A stretch of DNA of 64,000 nt from Candidatus Hermodarchaeota archaeon (GTDB lineage: Archaea; Asgardarchaeota; Lokiarchaeia; Sigyniarchaeales; SOKP01): contig JBHLLG010000001.1 in the NCBI GenBank assembly GCA_048885925.1, positions 227,105 to 291,104 of the forward strand, given 5' to 3'. Below, piece by piece: positions 52,552-62,066 of the stretch (its first letter is position 1; every line of letters starts with the position of its first letter). The notes beneath the pieces are model-generated. The model worked only from the letters and a program-made list of their open reading frames with translations. It was not told the DNA's origin and did no database searches. A program made the position numbers and the translations under genes.

Positions 52552-53220
52552 ATGACAGATAATCACAGTTATAGTTTTTTTGGACAGAAAGTAGGCTTGA
52601 TTATTCAAAGTTCTGCGAAAATAGATCCTTACATGTTTTTCAGGCTTATTAGAAACAAGAATGACGGATCATGGGAGAAACCAAGCAGCGGAGAAGGGAA
52701 AGTTATTAAATTTTCATTAGAAGAAATGATCCATATTATCCAGGTGCTAAAAAAAGAAGTTGATTCTTGGTCAAGTTATCATACCTTTAAGGATACGAAA
52801 ACGCAAATCGCTTTTAAATGGGAAAATGGAGAGAAGAAAAAGCTATGGATCCATATTGATAAATATTCCAAGATGTTAGATTATGCCCAATTTACGATAT
52901 TAGAGATGCTCATGAGTCACATCTTGACAGAAAAGATAGAGTTTGCTACTAAATTGAGTACAAAAGAAAATAATGGCACTTACATTGTTGAAACACGAGA
53001 AGGTATATCCAAAAATACGAAAGATACATTAAAAGTAATAAAAATTTCTGGAATTATCAAAGGAGTCTCATCAAAAGCGTTATTAATTGAGTTCCCAAAC
53101 GAGCAAGAAGTATGGATACCGAAATCCACTATAAGTTCCAATTATATTGAAGATCAAAAGGATTCTCAATCGTTTAATATTCAAACGTGGATCTTAGAAA
53201 AAAACAAAATAACCATATAA
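52552..53220 (+). CDS. putative Whirly/PC4-like ssDNA-binding protein with C-terminal WIPKS beta-domain
   Basis: Beta-beta-beta-W..K..IKFSLEEM helix pattern; C-terminal KALLIEF..EVWIPKS. Confidence 0.45.
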   Translation: MTDNHSYSFFGQKVGLIIQSSAKIDPYMFFRLIRNKNDGSWEKPSSGEGKVIKFSLEEMIHIIQVLKKEVDSWSSYHTFKDTKTQIAFKWENGEKKKLWIHIDKYSKMLDYAQFTILEMLMSHILTEKIEFATKLSTKENNGTYIVETREGISKNTKDTLKVIKISGIIKGVSSKALLIEFPNEQEVWIPKSTISSNYIEDQKDSQSFNIQTWILEKNKITI

Positions 53221-53265
53221 TCTAAATGTAATCAATAGTATTTATTGTATAACACTAAAATGAAA

Positions 53266-53658
53266 TCACATAGCGGGAGGGGCAGTCATAAAGTATTTAC
53301 CTGGAAAAATAATAATCAAGAAAAATGCAAATAATGCAACATATATAATAATATAAAAGAGTTGTTTATATGAGAAGAGTCTCGATTTTTCTTTATATTG
53401 CAAAACATTTTTTCCAAGATTTATAAATATGAGAGCTAAAAAAAAGAAAAAAGATGAAAAGATTACTAAATTATAAAAGACATAGTCCACAAAGTAGAAA
53501 TACGCAGAGCTAGTCCATTTATTAAAATAATAAATTACAAAAAAGGAACTTATCGGAATTATTGCAATTGCTAAAAAAATTAAGCCCCCAATAAGATAAA
53601 GTATACTTTGAATTCTTTTCTCCATAGTCTTTTCAAGAAGAATATTAAGATAATTCAC
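53266..53658 (-). CDS. 3-TM membrane protein
   Basis: Aromatic-rich hydrophobic ORF. Confidence 0.6.
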   Translation of the reverse strand: MNYLNILLEKTMEKRIQSILYLIGGLIFLAIAIIPISSFFVIYYFNKWTSSAYFYFVDYVFYNLVIFSSFFFFLALIFINLGKNVLQYKEKSRLFSYKQLFYIIIYVALFAFFLIIIFPGKYFMTAPPAM

Positions 53659-53681
53659 TATATAATTTTTTATGTATATCT

Positions 53682-54890
53682 TTACTCAGTGTTTATTCCA
53701 ATCAATTGAAGCACATTCTCTATTTCACCCAAAATTTCTAATTTGGTTGCATCTCCAATCTCATGTTTTTCTATATTATCAATGATATGTTCTAAATTAT
53801 TTAATTGAGTAAAAATCCACTGAATATATGAATCGCACTCCTCAGTTGGAGAAGGCATAGGAACGGAAATGTCTTCTAAATCTGATTCAGACAAAATTTC
53901 TATTTCTGGCACCTTTGGTAATTCCATTGGGGGTGATTGTGGATAAATCTCCAATTTTTTTAGAATCTCATGAAGATCATCTCTATCTTCTTCTAATAAC
54001 GTATATCCTGAAACTTTCATACGAGCCCACTCCTGAATAAATTCTATAGGGATACCCTCCTTCCAATGATGATTTCGCAAATAATTATATAATTTCTGGG
54101 GCATGTATAATTCTTCTAATTCCAGATGGGCGGGATTGACCTTTTTCTCACGATAATCATGCATTAACAGGATAAATTCTTTCCCAAGCTGTTTATTTTT
54201 GGATACAATCGTTTCATATTCCTCAGAAAAATCTTTCACGACAGTCCGTGGTTTCAATCTAATCGAATTAATCTTGGGAATATCGATCTTATAAAATTGG
54301 CTGGTATAAGCAATAATTGAATGCCAATATTTTTTATCATAATCACTTAATATATTTGCTAAATTCTCTAAATTGCCCACTTGATTTAATTCTTCAAAAA
54401 TTCGTAATGCCACAATCTTAATTTTATGAATTCTATCTTGTAGGGTACCCACACTATCAAAATCTGAACATAATTTCTTTTCAAATTCTAATTCAGAATC
54501 CATAACATCATAGTTTAGGAATTGCCCACTTTTTTTGTTAAAGAATATAAAGGTGGATCCATTAGCTAAGTTGGAAACATTTTCATTCGAGTTAATAATA
54601 CAGCGAATTCCTTCTAATTGAATAATTTCTTTTACTTTCTCAGTTCTAGCATTATAAATAAAAAAAAGAGTAGGATTTTGGGAATATGAATTGGATTTTT
54701 CGAACTCAATAATCTCTTTTAAGTTATGGAGAGCTGTTGATTCCAAGTCTACAATATTATATCCTTCTCCAAATATTTCTAGAGAACGGAGATGTTTCAT
54801 ATCTATATACGGAAATATAACTAAATTTTTCTGCTGAAAAAATAAAATATTTAAAAATTCTGGTCGCAAAAAATCCATTCCTGTATCCAT
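53682..54890 (-). CDS. hypothetical protein, downstream of the MglA-like gene
   Basis: 402-aa ORF with AGGTG SD; acidic Pro-rich linker near the C-terminus. Confidence 0.75.
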   Translation of the reverse strand: MDTGMDFLRPEFLNILFFQQKNLVIFPYIDMKHLRSLEIFGEGYNIVDLESTALHNLKEIIEFEKSNSYSQNPTLFFIYNARTEKVKEIIQLEGIRCIINSNENVSNLANGSTFIFFNKKSGQFLNYDVMDSELEFEKKLCSDFDSVGTLQDRIHKIKIVALRIFEELNQVGNLENLANILSDYDKKYWHSIIAYTSQFYKIDIPKINSIRLKPRTVVKDFSEEYETIVSKNKQLGKEFILLMHDYREKKVNPAHLELEELYMPQKLYNYLRNHHWKEGIPIEFIQEWARMKVSGYTLLEEDRDDLHEILKKLEIYPQSPPMELPKVPEIEILSESDLEDISVPMPSPTEECDSYIQWIFTQLNNLEHIIDNIEKHEIGDATKLEILGEIENVLQLIGINTE

Positions 54891-54930
54891 AATAACACCT
54901 GTTTTATATTGAATTATTCCTTAAATTGAG

Positions 54931-55623
54931 TTAACCCTTAAAATAATTGAAAAGTACATGAAGGATGAGATCTTTAAAACATTGAACCACATTTTTTCCT
55001 TGTAATGCTTCGGTTGGATAAACAATATATGTTCCATCTGGATATTTTTCTTGGAAGGGAAGCCCCAAATGAAGTTTAAAATCGGTAATAGGAATAGCAT
55101 TTTTTAAATCACGTTTGTTTAACTGGATCAAATAGGGAATATTCTTCGGCTTAGCAAAACTCACTAGCTCTCGAAAGCTTCTTTTATTCTGTTCTATTTT
55201 CTCTGGATCTGAATCCCCAACAAACATGATTCCATCCGCTCCGTCCAAAACATATTCACGAGTAGATAAAAACCGTTCCTGCCCTGTACATGTAACCACA
55301 TGACAAATAATATTAAACTTGACATCATGAAGATTAAACTTGAACAGTAAATAGAGTGAATCTTCCCATAGTGTTCTTCCTTCTGTAGTCTCTATTGAAT
55401 AACCTTTAGTCAATTTCAGCAGGTCAAACTTTTCTCTTAAGCGAAAGAAGTTTGTGGTTTTCCCGCTTTCACCTGGTCCCCAGTATACAATCTTAAACTG
55501 TATCATGTTTTTTGAATCATTGAAATCAAATTCTTCACTTAATTCCACTTTCTCTTTTCCTAAATCACTCTGTTCTGACTGCATTGTATCACCTGAAATG
55601 ATTTCTTTAGGAAATGGTGCCAA
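54931..55623 (-). CDS. MglA-family small GTPase
   Basis: KIVYWGPGESGKTTN, GRTL, TCTGQ, GADGIMFV.DS, QLNKRDL, A..G.NV. Confidence 0.88.
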   Translation of the reverse strand: MAPFPKEIISGDTMQSEQSDLGKEKVELSEEFDFNDSKNMIQFKIVYWGPGESGKTTNFFRLREKFDLLKLTKGYSIETTEGRTLWEDSLYLLFKFNLHDVKFNIICHVVTCTGQERFLSTREYVLDGADGIMFVGDSDPEKIEQNKRSFRELVSFAKPKNIPYLIQLNKRDLKNAIPITDFKLHLGLPFQEKYPDGTYIVYPTEALQGKNVVQCFKDLILHVLFNYFKG

Positions 55624-56206
55624 TTTTATCAGTAAATATCTCTTTTTTCAGCTCTTTAATATGGTCTTTCAGATCTTCCTCTGATAATTTGAGTTTATGT
55701 TGAATATATTCACTTTTTTCGATTTCTTCTTTGATCTTCTGCGCAAATTTGCTCATCTGAAGTATCATCACTCCTAGATTGACTTCTTTATCGGTTAAAA
55801 GTACAACTAAAATGTCTCTTTTCCCCTTTTTGTGGAGGTCAACATTGGTTATAGCCTTCACAAACAATTGCATATCACTATAAATAATTGTTGCCCGTTC
55901 CAACGACTCTGTTTCAAAGAAATCTTGACCTTGTCTAGCTACACCATAGAGTGCTGCTCCTATAGAGCTTAAATCCCAATAATTTAATTTTCGATCGAAT
56001 CGAGAGTCGATTGCGATAATTTTGGCGTCTTGATCAATCGTAATTAGTCCGTATATAATTCCTTTTCGAGTTAACTTACTATACTGGAATCTAATATCAT
56101 CTAAAACTTCAGTTATTTTATTTTGATATAATATTTTTGGAATATGAGTTATCATTTTCTCAAACTTATTCTTTAAATTATGTTTACATATTATTGGATT
56201 TTCCAT
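55607..56206 (-). CDS. roadblock/MglB-like protein
   Basis: LITIDQDA.II..LSSIGAALYG.A..ILVVL...VNLG; overlaps the MglA-like gene. Confidence 0.75.
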   Translation of the reverse strand: MENPIICKHNLKNKFEKMITHIPKILYQNKITEVLDDIRFQYSKLTRKGIIYGLITIDQDAKIIAIDSRFDRKLNYWDLSSIGAALYGVARQGQDFFETESLERATIIYSDMQLFVKAITNVDLHKKGKRDILVVLLTDKEVNLGVMILQMSKFAQKIKEEIEKSEYIQHKLKLSEEDLKDHIKELKKEIFTDKIGTIS

Positions 56207-56272
56207 ATATAAAGAAAAAAAATTTAATTAATGTGATTCTAGAATATTTCTTAAGACAATTTGGAGAAGATA

Positions 56273-56557
56273 ATGACTTACTGTACAAATTGTGGTGTTA
56301 AATTAGAAGGAAATGAAAGTTTTTGTCCGCTTTGTGGAAAAACTTTAACTAGCGATATACATTCCACTAGTACGAATGAAATTGAATCCCTTAAAAGAGA
56401 AGTCGAAAGTTTAAAAGAACAGCTCAGAAAAAAGGATACATATATGCCAATACCTCAAAAAAAAACAGATACCACTTGTATTATATGCTGTGTAGTAGTG
56501 ATCTTATTGATGATTTTCTTTTCAATCATTCCGTTTATGCTTTTTTATAGTATGTAA
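56273..56557 (+). CDS. Zn-ribbon / coiled-coil / Cys-rich TM protein
   Basis: CTNCG..FCPLCG; heptads; CIICC plus TM. Confidence 0.75.
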   Translation: MTYCTNCGVKLEGNESFCPLCGKTLTSDIHSTSTNEIESLKREVESLKEQLRKKDTYMPIPQKKTDTTCIICCVVVILLMIFFSIIPFMLFYSM

Positions 56558-56718
56558 AATCAAATAATCTCTAAATTTGAGTTTCTTTTGAAGTTTAGTT
56601 TTTTCTCATTAGAATAATGATTTTCTTTTATTATTACATTCCTCCGCATGTTCTGTTATAATGCATCTTAAATTTGTTATTCAAAAATTAAATAATGGTA
56701 TAAGAACACTTTTAAAAC

Positions 56719-57324
56719 CTATAAATTGTTCACATACTCCGTATTTAAGCCAAGTTTATTGCGAGTTCTATGGAATGCGTAGGCGGAACAACTACACAGC
56801 GCTCTTAAGTTGGTTTGGATTATTTTTTGCTCCTGTTGTTCATCTAATAAATCAGTAATAAAAATAACAACAGCTATTTGCGTCATAACCCGAGGCCAAA
56901 AAAATATCTGGTCGAGTTTCAATTTTAATCGCTTTGCATTTTCTTTAGCACGTTTATAATCAAAAATAGGAGCTAGACGGTAGAATTTATGTAAATATAT
57001 CTGAACTTTCCGATCTTGTCTCTTTGAACTAAGAATAGAGGGATTCTCATAAAGAAACTGTTTTAATCGTATTAAATTGACCAGAAATTCGCTGATAAAT
57101 TTATGAACAAGTACTTTGGGTATTTTGATTCTTTTACATATCTGATTATATTCCATCGATGTTAAAGCTCGTACTTTTTCTTGCTTTCCTAAAAAAGAAA
57201 TATTTCGAAATAAATAATTTAACACTAATGGCTTAATTTTATCCTGATCCTTGAAATATTTTGTGTAATAATCTTCTACCTCAGTTAGGTCAACTTCTTG
57301 TCTCTTTAATATCTGAGTCATCAC
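56719..57324 (-). CDS. hypothetical protein with TFB/cyclin-repeat-like C-terminus
   Basis: QIAVVIFITDLL..IIQTNLRALCSCSAYAFHRTRNKL parallels TFB AAA.YIA..TQ.E.A....T..T.R.R.KEL. Confidence 0.45.
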   Translation of the reverse strand: MMTQILKRQEVDLTEVEDYYTKYFKDQDKIKPLVLNYLFRNISFLGKQEKVRALTSMEYNQICKRIKIPKVLVHKFISEFLVNLIRLKQFLYENPSILSSKRQDRKVQIYLHKFYRLAPIFDYKRAKENAKRLKLKLDQIFFWPRVMTQIAVVIFITDLLDEQQEQKIIQTNLRALCSCSAYAFHRTRNKLGLNTEYVNNL

Positions 57325-57418
57325 TTTTCATGGGCTTTATCAAAGGCTTACTATACCCTAATAGCAAGAATATTTAAATAAAAAATTGGAAATCATTCTA
57401 AAATCACGTAAAATAATT

Positions 57419-58504
57419 TCACAATAACTTCATTTGTATTTTTTTTGGAGTCTTGCTTTGATGTTTGAAATAATCACGACATTTTGTATAATTATGTTCT
57501 AACTTCTCTAGGTTTTGTAAAACTCGTACTTTATTTAAAAAATGTTCTTGACATAATAAAGCTAAGATTCTTTCCTTATCGGGAAAATTCCAATATAAAA
57601 TTCCTATATTTTCATTTATATCAGGAGCTAAAAAGATTGCTCTAATTTTTTTAATTGTTTTGGGTTTAAGAGTACCAAAATCATAGTTTAAATGTTCTTT
57701 AAGAATTAAATTCTCAAGGGTAATATATTTTCTAATAAGAGTCAACGCTTTTTTTGATCCGATTCCTTTGATCCCTGGAAAATAATCAGTTCCAATTAAT
57801 ATTGCTATATCTACCAATTGAAAAATGGTAATCCCTAAATTCTCTAAATTTTTATGTAAATCAATTTTTAAAGGTTGAATTTTCTCATACCTCCATTTGT
57901 TCTGAATTTTTCTTCTCATAGATTTTGAAAGATTTTGAATTACAAAAGGGCACCCAAATAATAATGAATCGAAATCTTGAGAGTTTGAAAAGTCAACGAT
58001 TTTTTTTCTCACTAAATATGCACATTGTGATTCTGCTGAGGCTGGTGATTCAATATATGGTACTCCTAATGCTCCAAGAAGGTGTTTCGATTCTAAGATT
58101 ATGTTATGCCACATATATTCCTTACTTAAGGCAATCTGACTTGCTAAAGAGGTGTTTCCACTTTTCATTGCTTGTTTGTACCACTTCTGCGTGAATCGAA
58201 AATCATTGAGTTGATCTTTCGTAATAATTCTTTTTAATTCAGATACCTTTCCATCAAAACAAAAAATCGGGAAAATGTTTTTGGAATAATAAAAACTCAC
58301 ACGATACAAAATCCCGTATAGATGAGAAATTGGTCTTTGAGTTCTATCCAAGATTAGCTCGGCATAGGTTCCATCTGGATTTTTCCGAGCAAAACTAAAT
58401 AAACCCATAATAATATTGGGGGCATCGATGGCAATGATTTTCCCTGCTAATTCGGGAAAGTTAATTTCTTTCCGGACAATGATATTTTGCAATTTTACTC
58501 CCAT
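57419..58504 (-). CDS. FEN1/XPG-family nuclease paralog, divergent active site
   Basis: Start MGVKL at 58504; IAIDA.N, SHL.G, FDG, SQDFDSLLFG, IL.GTDY.PGIKGIG. Confidence 0.88.
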   Translation of the reverse strand: MGVKLQNIIVRKEINFPELAGKIIAIDAPNIIMGLFSFARKNPDGTYAELILDRTQRPISHLYGILYRVSFYYSKNIFPIFCFDGKVSELKRIITKDQLNDFRFTQKWYKQAMKSGNTSLASQIALSKEYMWHNIILESKHLLGALGVPYIESPASAESQCAYLVRKKIVDFSNSQDFDSLLFGCPFVIQNLSKSMRRKIQNKWRYEKIQPLKIDLHKNLENLGITIFQLVDIAILIGTDYFPGIKGIGSKKALTLIRKYITLENLILKEHLNYDFGTLKPKTIKKIRAIFLAPDINENIGILYWNFPDKERILALLCQEHFLNKVRVLQNLEKLEHNYTKCRDYFKHQSKTPKKIQMKLL

Positions 58505-58707
58505 GAAATTGTGTACGAATATGATTATAAAAAGAAAAAAAAGAGTTGAATAAACTAATTCGCTCAAACCTATTTAGATTAATTTAATTCTAAAAAATAT
58601 AATAACAATTAAATAATAATCTTCCTTAATTTTTATTTAACCCATTATTTCGTAATTTATTTAAAAATTTTTGTAGAAATCCAATAATTTTGAAAAGGGG
58701 TATGAAA

Positions 58708-59013
58708 ATGCCAAAATATTTTGTAATTCATCCATTTGATAAAAGGTTTCAAGAAGCGATAATAGACCTTCCTCCTGAGAAAAACAAATTAATGCAAGAT
58801 TTAAAAGCCAATTGTACGGATGATGCTGATTGGATAAGAAGTTGGGCAGTACCAGAACAAGAAAAGTTCTATTGTGAATGGGATGCAAAAAGTCCTGAAG
58901 CAATTCGTGAAGTATTTGATAAAATTGGAGGTACAGCAATAGACGCAATTTATAAACTACATATTTTAGAAGCAGAAGATTTTAAGAAAAAGGTCTTGAC
59001 TGAACCAATTTAA
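58708..59013 (+). CDS. DUF4242-like small ferredoxin-fold protein
   Basis: MPKY...H; WIRSW....KFYCEWDA.SPEAIRE. Confidence 0.65.
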   Translation: MPKYFVIHPFDKRFQEAIIDLPPEKNKLMQDLKANCTDDADWIRSWAVPEQEKFYCEWDAKSPEAIREVFDKIGGTAIDAIYKLHILEAEDFKKKVLTEPI

Positions 59014-59164
59014 CCATAGGATTTGAAGGCTGAGGTTCTTGAAGGAGTTTTGGTGGTTTAATTTAATTCAATTTAGTAAATTAGTTTAATTTTGTAACTT
59101 TGTTCCCATATTATCTTTTATTTAATCCAAAAATATAAAAAGAAAAAAAAGGAGTTAAGGTTTT

Positions 59165-59227
59165 TTACCATCCTTTAATTAGATGGTATAGACGTGTTAA
59201 TCGGCAGAAAAATCGTATTTTCATCAT
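59165..59227 (-). CDS. candidate 20-aa peptide MMKIRFFCRLTRLYHLIKGW
   Basis: GAAGGTGA SD immediately upstream; T-tract downstream. Confidence 0.3.
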   Translation of the reverse strand: MMKIRFFCRLTRLYHLIKGW

Positions 59228-59312
59228 TCACCTTCAAGTTTGTAATTATAGCTGAATAGTAGATCAAGCACGAGTATTTAAAAAAAAAGTAAAATTTTAG
59301 GGAAAAAAGAGA

Positions 59313-59555
59313 TTATTCGTCAAAATCTTTTTCCAGAGATCTAAAGAATTCTTTACGAGTATTTTTATCTTTTAATTCTTCAAAAGCATCCATAAATCCC
59401 TCCAGTTCATCCTCTGATAAAATATCCTCATCTTCAATATCACTATCAAGATCTTCTTTAAAAAAAATCCGTCCGCATTCCTGACATTCTATATAATCAT
59501 CATATTCGATAATATTATCCGATTGGCATCGCGGACAGTAATATTCCGAAGGCAT
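59313..59555 (-). CDS. 80-aa Zn-ribbon protein with acidic tail (paralog of 44582-44824)
   Basis: Start at MPSEYYC gives the same 243-nt length as the paralog; CPRC-x13-CQECG. Confidence 0.8.
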   Translation of the reverse strand: MPSEYYCPRCQSDNIIEYDDYIECQECGRIFFKEDLDSDIEDEDILSEDELEGFMDAFEELKDKNTRKEFFRSLEKDFDE

Positions 59556-59871
59556 CCGAGGATTGAATCTCATACAGATTTGAATACTAATTAGTATTAT
59601 AGCTGAAAATAAAAACTTATCATAATCTCTAATAATAACAATAAATATCGAAAATTGCATAGAAGTTCGTTTTTCACTACATTCTATAATTTATGCATTT
59701 ATAATAACCATGCTTATTTAAATGAAAAGTGCTGCTTCTAAGTCGAGGTTTTTTCTTTAAAAAGAATAGGCATTAGAGTATCACTAAAAGAATAATATGA
59801 AGTGAATGTAAATTACTAAAGAAGAATATCATGTTATAGGACTGAGACCTGTTTCTCATTCAAGAATAATT

Positions 59872-60189
59872 ATGTATATTTTATTTGGAATCTTGGTGTT
59901 TGTGGTTATTTTCTTTCCTATTTATGGACTTACATTGAGATATTATATAGGGTATATACTACAAAGGGTTTTTGATATTATTGGGTATTATTCTTTAATA
60001 GGAGGAGGATTTTTATTGTTACTTTGTATAATAGGACTTTTTGTAGGAAGACGTATAACATACCATTATTTTATACTGGCGATTGTACTTTTATGGATAG
60101 GTGGGTGGTGTACTGGACAAGTAATCGAACTATTTGGGATTGCGATTAACGAATCTACTACTTCACAAGGAACTCCAGGATACCACTAA
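59872..60189 (+). CDS. small 3-TM membrane protein
   Basis: Hydrophobic 105-aa ORF. Confidence 0.65.
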   Translation: MYILFGILVFVVIFFPIYGLTLRYYIGYILQRVFDIIGYYSLIGGGFLLLLCIIGLFVGRRITYHYFILAIVLLWIGGWCTGQVIELFGIAINESTTSQGTPGYH

Positions 60190-60204
60190 CAAGGTTTTTT
60201 TAAT

Positions 60205-60435
60205 TTAATAAATTCTGAAATATTTGATTCCCGTATGGAGGCCACACACAGTTAATAGAATAATTGAGACTACAATTACGCTTATCATTTTGTGACGTTG
60301 AAATTGTCCAAGAAAAAGCCAACCTAAAATCCCAACAATTAATCCGAGTAAACCTATGATTGAGCCTAAAGCCATTAGGAATTCAATACCTCCTCCAATC
60401 CCATCAAAATAATCAAATATCATAATATTATTCAA
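60205..60435 (-). CDS. small 2-TM membrane protein (pilin-like size and topology)
   Basis: Gly-rich TM, short basic loop QRHK, second TM. Confidence 0.6.
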   Translation of the reverse strand: MNNIMIFDYFDGIGGGIEFLMALGSIIGLLGLIVGILGWLFLGQFQRHKMISVIVVSIILLTVCGLHTGIKYFRIY

Positions 60436-60538
60436 TAGGACACGATCTTTATAAACAAAAAATCACCATTCTTCTTTTTTTCTTTATATAATTTAGAATT
60501 ATTCCTTCATAACAACAACAAATAATCATCAATCTTAT

Positions 60539-60856
60539 ATGAGAAAATTAGATGAAATTGGTATTTGTCCCAATTGTGACTGTTCGCTTTCAATCTATAA
60601 AACGCAAAATTACAAGCGATTTGTAAAGTGTGAAATTTGCGGGTTCTCATATGCCTTACCAAAGCGGGGTTCACTCGAAAACTCTGCATTATTATGCCCA
60701 AAGAATAACCTTCCTATCTTAATTGTAAATAAAAAAGGGCAGAAGGCGTATTTTTGGACTGAACAGCCCTGTTTTAGTTGCGTGAAATATGATAAATGCG
60801 AAACGGTTCACGATTTAATTTCTGAATTCGAAGAATTAGAGGTGCATGGCTATTAA
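60539..60856 (+). CDS. Cys-rich Zn-ribbon protein (topoisomerase I C-terminal-like)
   Basis: GICPNC..L...K....RFV.CEICG...LP..G...CP; CFSC..C. Confidence 0.7.
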   Translation: MRKLDEIGICPNCDCSLSIYKTQNYKRFVKCEICGFSYALPKRGSLENSALLCPKNNLPILIVNKKGQKAYFWTEQPCFSCVKYDKCETVHDLISEFEELEVHGY

Positions 60857-61847
60857 AAAATATGGATTATTCGGATTAATTTTAATCATAGGACTCTTTA
60901 TTCCTCTGAATTTCATTGTTAGCATTTCTGAAGAAAATCCCATAAATTCTAACTTAAAGACCGGCAGCACGGATACAATTATAATTGATAAGGTATATAA
61001 TTTCACAGTAGCAAATCCCACTTTGGAATTTCATGAAAATATCTTTCTAAAAAAGTATTATTATTACTATATTACGGTTACAGTTGTTTCGCCTCATGCG
61101 TGTAATATGAGTATTATTCTATGGGATCCTGAAGGAGATCAATTTGATATTACGTATGAAATCAACATAACGCAAGATGATTACCGGGAAATACCTTTCG
61201 GAACAGTTATGGAAGGAAATTACAGCATGCAATTTACAGCAGATCTTACTTATAATCTAAATGTCCATATTATCATTGAACGTGGGGATAAATGCATATA
61301 TGAAAAAATAGAATTGCAAGAAAGAGAAGATATTATCTATTACAACATCTCAAAATTTGATAATGGAAAGACCATTGAGTTCACTTACGATTTTAAGACT
61401 GATCGATACTATGAATTCTTTTTCGAAAGAGTTTCTACAATTTCAGGACAATTAAGCAATTATGTGGGAATGGACCATGATATCTTAGATTCACAAGGAA
61501 TTACCTTTATCATATATCGAAATGAATCTCTGGGATATACTTATTACTTTTTTGGAACTGCTGTAGAAGGGTTGTGTACAATGAATATCACTATCTATTG
61601 CGATGTCGAGTGGGTGAATGTTGCCTATGTCGTGGTCTATAAAGGGCGCTTAACAGATACAGTCGATCCAAACGATCCTCTTCCGCCTCCTTCTGACGAT
61701 CCTCCCAGTAATACTACAAGTGGGGGAATAGAAGCATTTATTCCGTTTGAAGGGACAGTCACCGTTGTAATTTTAGCAGGGTTAGCCGTATTTATTCCAT
61801 GTGTTATTACTTTATACAAGAGAAAAAAGAATGTAGGAACTTTCTAA
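60846..61847 (+). CDS. secreted/surface protein with Pro-rich linker and C-terminal anchor
   Basis: Signal peptide, beta-rich domains with NxS/T sequons, PPP linker, TM plus KRKK. Confidence 0.8.
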   Translation: MAIKKYGLFGLILIIGLFIPLNFIVSISEENPINSNLKTGSTDTIIIDKVYNFTVANPTLEFHENIFLKKYYYYYITVTVVSPHACNMSIILWDPEGDQFDITYEINITQDDYREIPFGTVMEGNYSMQFTADLTYNLNVHIIIERGDKCIYEKIELQEREDIIYYNISKFDNGKTIEFTYDFKTDRYYEFFFERVSTISGQLSNYVGMDHDILDSQGITFIIYRNESLGYTYYFFGTAVEGLCTMNITIYCDVEWVNVAYVVVYKGRLTDTVDPNDPLPPPSDDPPSNTTSGGIEAFIPFEGTVTVVILAGLAVFIPCVITLYKRKKNVGTF

Positions 61848-61961
61848 ATTTTAAATATTATTCTGTTCAATAAAAATAAATAACATAATTAAGATTAATT
61901 AATCAAGAAAATGAAAATAAAAAACTTGAATAGGTCTGTAGAGTATAAGCCTCATGAAAAT

Positions 61962-62066
61962 ATGAGTGGAGAAATTAAGGAGAATTTTCCTCCTATTTTC
62001 ATTAGTGTAATACTACCCTTAGGTATTATGTTAATCCTCTTATTAATATTTGCTATAGGAGTTTAA
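61962..62066 (+). CDS. 34-aa single-TM microprotein
   Basis: MSGEIKENFPPIFISVILPLGIMLILLLIFAIGV*, below the ORF-track cutoff. Confidence 0.45.
   Translation: MSGEIKENFPPIFISVILPLGIMLILLLIFAIGV

Noticed and set aside
58505-58567. N-terminal extension of FEN1 in the ORF track (likewise 59556-59660 for the Zn-ribbon gene)
   Set aside because: The family start MGV and the paralog length point to downstream ATGs
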